DNA of 61,669 nucleotides, the filler included, from Vannella sp. (Eukaryota), in assembly GCA_023345925.1 (NCBI GenBank). It is 7 parts of 7 records of this genome, joined end to end, with 100 filler letters (N's around TTAATTAATTAA, not from the genome) between each part and the next. Parts side by side here need not be neighbours in the genome. Positions count along the whole stretch, not along the records: positions 57,925 to 61,669 come from JAJQQN010001371.1; 6 more parts are not named here. One strand, given 5' to 3'. Shown piece after piece: positions 60,056-61,669 of this stretch (positions are counted from its first letter, which is position 1; each line of letters opens with the position of its first letter). A program made the position numbers and the translations under genes. A model generated the notes under the pieces. It was not told the origin of the DNA. It searched no databases and saw only the letters and a list, made by a program, of their open reading frames with translations.

Positions 60056-60399
60056 ATGTCGGAGGCTGCTCGGTGAGGGCGGGAACGGGATCTTCTGCCG
60101 CTTGTCTCACAGGATGAGGTAGTGAGAAGTACTTACAGGAACTTATGGTGCTGCTGGGGAAGGTGGATGAACAGAAGAAGCAAGTAAATGCCAGAAAGGT
60201 CGAACTGGCAGACTTGGTCGAAGAGAACCGGGACCTTGATCGCCAGATATCTGATATGAAGACTCGTGTTGGTGCATTACAAAGGCGCATCAAACAAGTG
60301 CAAACCCAACCCTCTCCCATCCTCAGCAAAGGGTGGTTGCCTGTTTCAGTCACCCTTCTGGCTCTTGGCCTGTTCCAAATAGTCTCTTATATGACATAG
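60056..60399 (+). CDS. Small coiled-coil, tail-anchored membrane protein (2 exons)
   Basis: ATG 60056, GTGAGG...CTCAC...TAG intron, heptad pattern, C-terminal TM LPVSVTLLALGLFQIVSYMT*. Confidence 0.65.
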
Positions 60400-60444
60400 A
60401 CATCTACTTCATTCTCTTGGTGGTGTATTAGGGTGAAAGAGAGC

Positions 60445-61006
60445 TCATTCGTCATCAAAGGGTGAACCCTCTGGCTCTCGGTAGACAAAGTTCATCTCGT
60501 ACGTAGCGACAGCCTTGGGACGTTGTTCCCCAACATGTGTTGCATCAGTAACCTCGTGTGGAACGCCTTCCCAATGTTAGTCAGGTTGTGAAAGAGAACT
60601 CTTGGAAACAAACCTAGATCCTTGCAGTACTCCTTCGCTGCCTCAAGACTCGTAAACTTAACGTATAGTTTAGCAACAGGATCATCAGAAGCCCTCCAGC
60701 CAGTTACAGGGTTCGCCCAACTGTAGACAACACAAAGAGTGTAAGAATACCATCGCTAGAAGAACCATAGAAGGCGTACCGATCCTGAGCACTGTAGGAG
60801 ATACGCCAGAACTCCACGTTCTCATAGCAGTTTTGGTTCGGAGGGCGACCCACGTATTCGATAACAGCTGTGCGATTGAGGCGTGTAACTGGCATACCAG
60901 ACATCGTAGACCTTTCGTGGATGGATGCTATCTCATTTTTGCCATTCCTCAGAGGCATGGTAGCCTGTAGTCGGCTCAGTGGTCGAGCACGCAACACCCA
61001 ACTCAT
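60445..61006 (-). CDS. NDUFS4: NDUFS4-like complex I accessory subunit (3 exons)
   Basis: Mitochondrial presequence, SGMP...WRISY..QDRWANPVTGWRASDDP...KFTSLEAAKEYC...YEMNF after splicing. Confidence 0.75.
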
Positions 61007-61075
61007 CGAGATCACCAACAAATGCCAAAATAGATAGCTGACAAGGCGAATCAAGTTAAAGTCATTGTTTAGCAA

Positions 61076-61669
61076 CTATTTGGCCTTTTTGGATGCCCGC
61101 ACAACTCTGGTATTGAGGGTGAAGCTGGGGTTGAAGAGGAAGGCAACGAGGAGGCGTAAGTAGCTGGTGTGGTAAGTGAGGAAGTCGTAAAACTCAGGAG
61201 CTTCAGAGCGGATTTGGGGAAGGCGTTGCCAAGGGATGTTAGGGAAGTCGTGGTGCTCGTTGTGGTAGCCAATGTTCAAAGCGACTGTGTTGATGGAGCC
61301 ATAAGTGCTGTAGGTCTCCTGAGGAGCATCCACGGAGTAATGTTCGGCAATCCAGCGCGCCCCAACAGGGTGAAGGCCCACGCTCATCGCGGAGGATGCA
61401 ACCATGTACAAAAACGCGTAAGGCCCCAGTGCGTAGAGGATAAGAACATCAACACTTAAGTTGGACATCCAGTTGAGCACGAGAGCGATGTCAGGCTTTT
61501 GCATCTCTTGGGTGATGCCAACGCGGATGGCTTGAAGTAGTGGGAACAGTGCAAGCCATGCTATTTTACCCAAGGAGGAGTGACCAAAGACTTGTTGCTC
61601 AACAGAGTCAGCGAGGTCTGGATCGCCTCCGACAACATTCATTTGTCCGTGGTGTTTCTGGTGGAAGTA
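61076..61669 (-). CDS. DEGS1: Sphingolipid delta-4 desaturase, 5' truncated by window edge
   Basis: HQKHH, DPDL, GLHPVGARWIAEHY, ETYSTYG, NIGYHNEHHDFPNIPW. Confidence 0.93.
   Translation of the reverse strand, partial: YFHQKHHGQMNVVGGDPDLADSVEQQVFGHSSLGKIAWLALFPLLQAIRVGITQEMQKPDIALVLNWMSNLSVDVLILYALGPYAFLYMVASSAMSVGLHPVGARWIAEHYSVDAPQETYSTYGSINTVALNIGYHNEHHDFPNIPWQRLPQIRSEAPEFYDFLTYHTSYLRLLVAFLFNPSFTLNTRVVRASKKAK

Noticed and set aside
1..61669. rRNA, tRNA or snRNA genes
   Set aside because: None recognised by eye. A tRNAscan-SE/Infernal run is needed to exclude small ncRNAs.

Overview
This is gene-dense eukaryotic nuclear DNA with about 50% GC and many 40-60 nt GT-AG introns. The Rac, RasGEF, GPCR and ABCG repertoire suggests an amoeboid protist, probably amoebozoan; that assignment is inference. 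The window is seven contigs joined by artificial 100-nt linkers (N44-TTAATTAATTAA-N44). About 35 protein-coding genes can be reconstructed by eye. They include Maf1, cytochrome c1, RBM39, LSG1, a TDP2-like EEP, glucokinase, p24, RapGAP, Rac, NSDHL, a GPCR, an LRR-RasGEF-PH protein, a full-size ABCG, SMARCAD1, RPA49, TatD, beta-adaptin, cyclophilin H, NDUFS4-like and DEGS. There is also a Mutator-like (Phantom/Kolobok-type) DNA transposase and a Ty1/copia remnant with its 3' LTR. Standout oddities: (1) a secreted tandem alkaline-phosphatase-superfamily protein with a complete saposin domain inserted into its first catalytic domain and several metal ligands replaced in both domains; (2) an AMSH/STAMBP homolog with a dismantled JAMM active site but intact structural Zn site; (3) TatD fused to an RGG tract and CCHC knuckle; (4) a glucokinase with a C-terminal membrane anchor; (5) plant-type telo-box motifs upstream of three genes; (6) an inverted kinase fragment that looks like an amplification chimera. 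All exon boundaries and family calls come from manual motif reading, not database searches.
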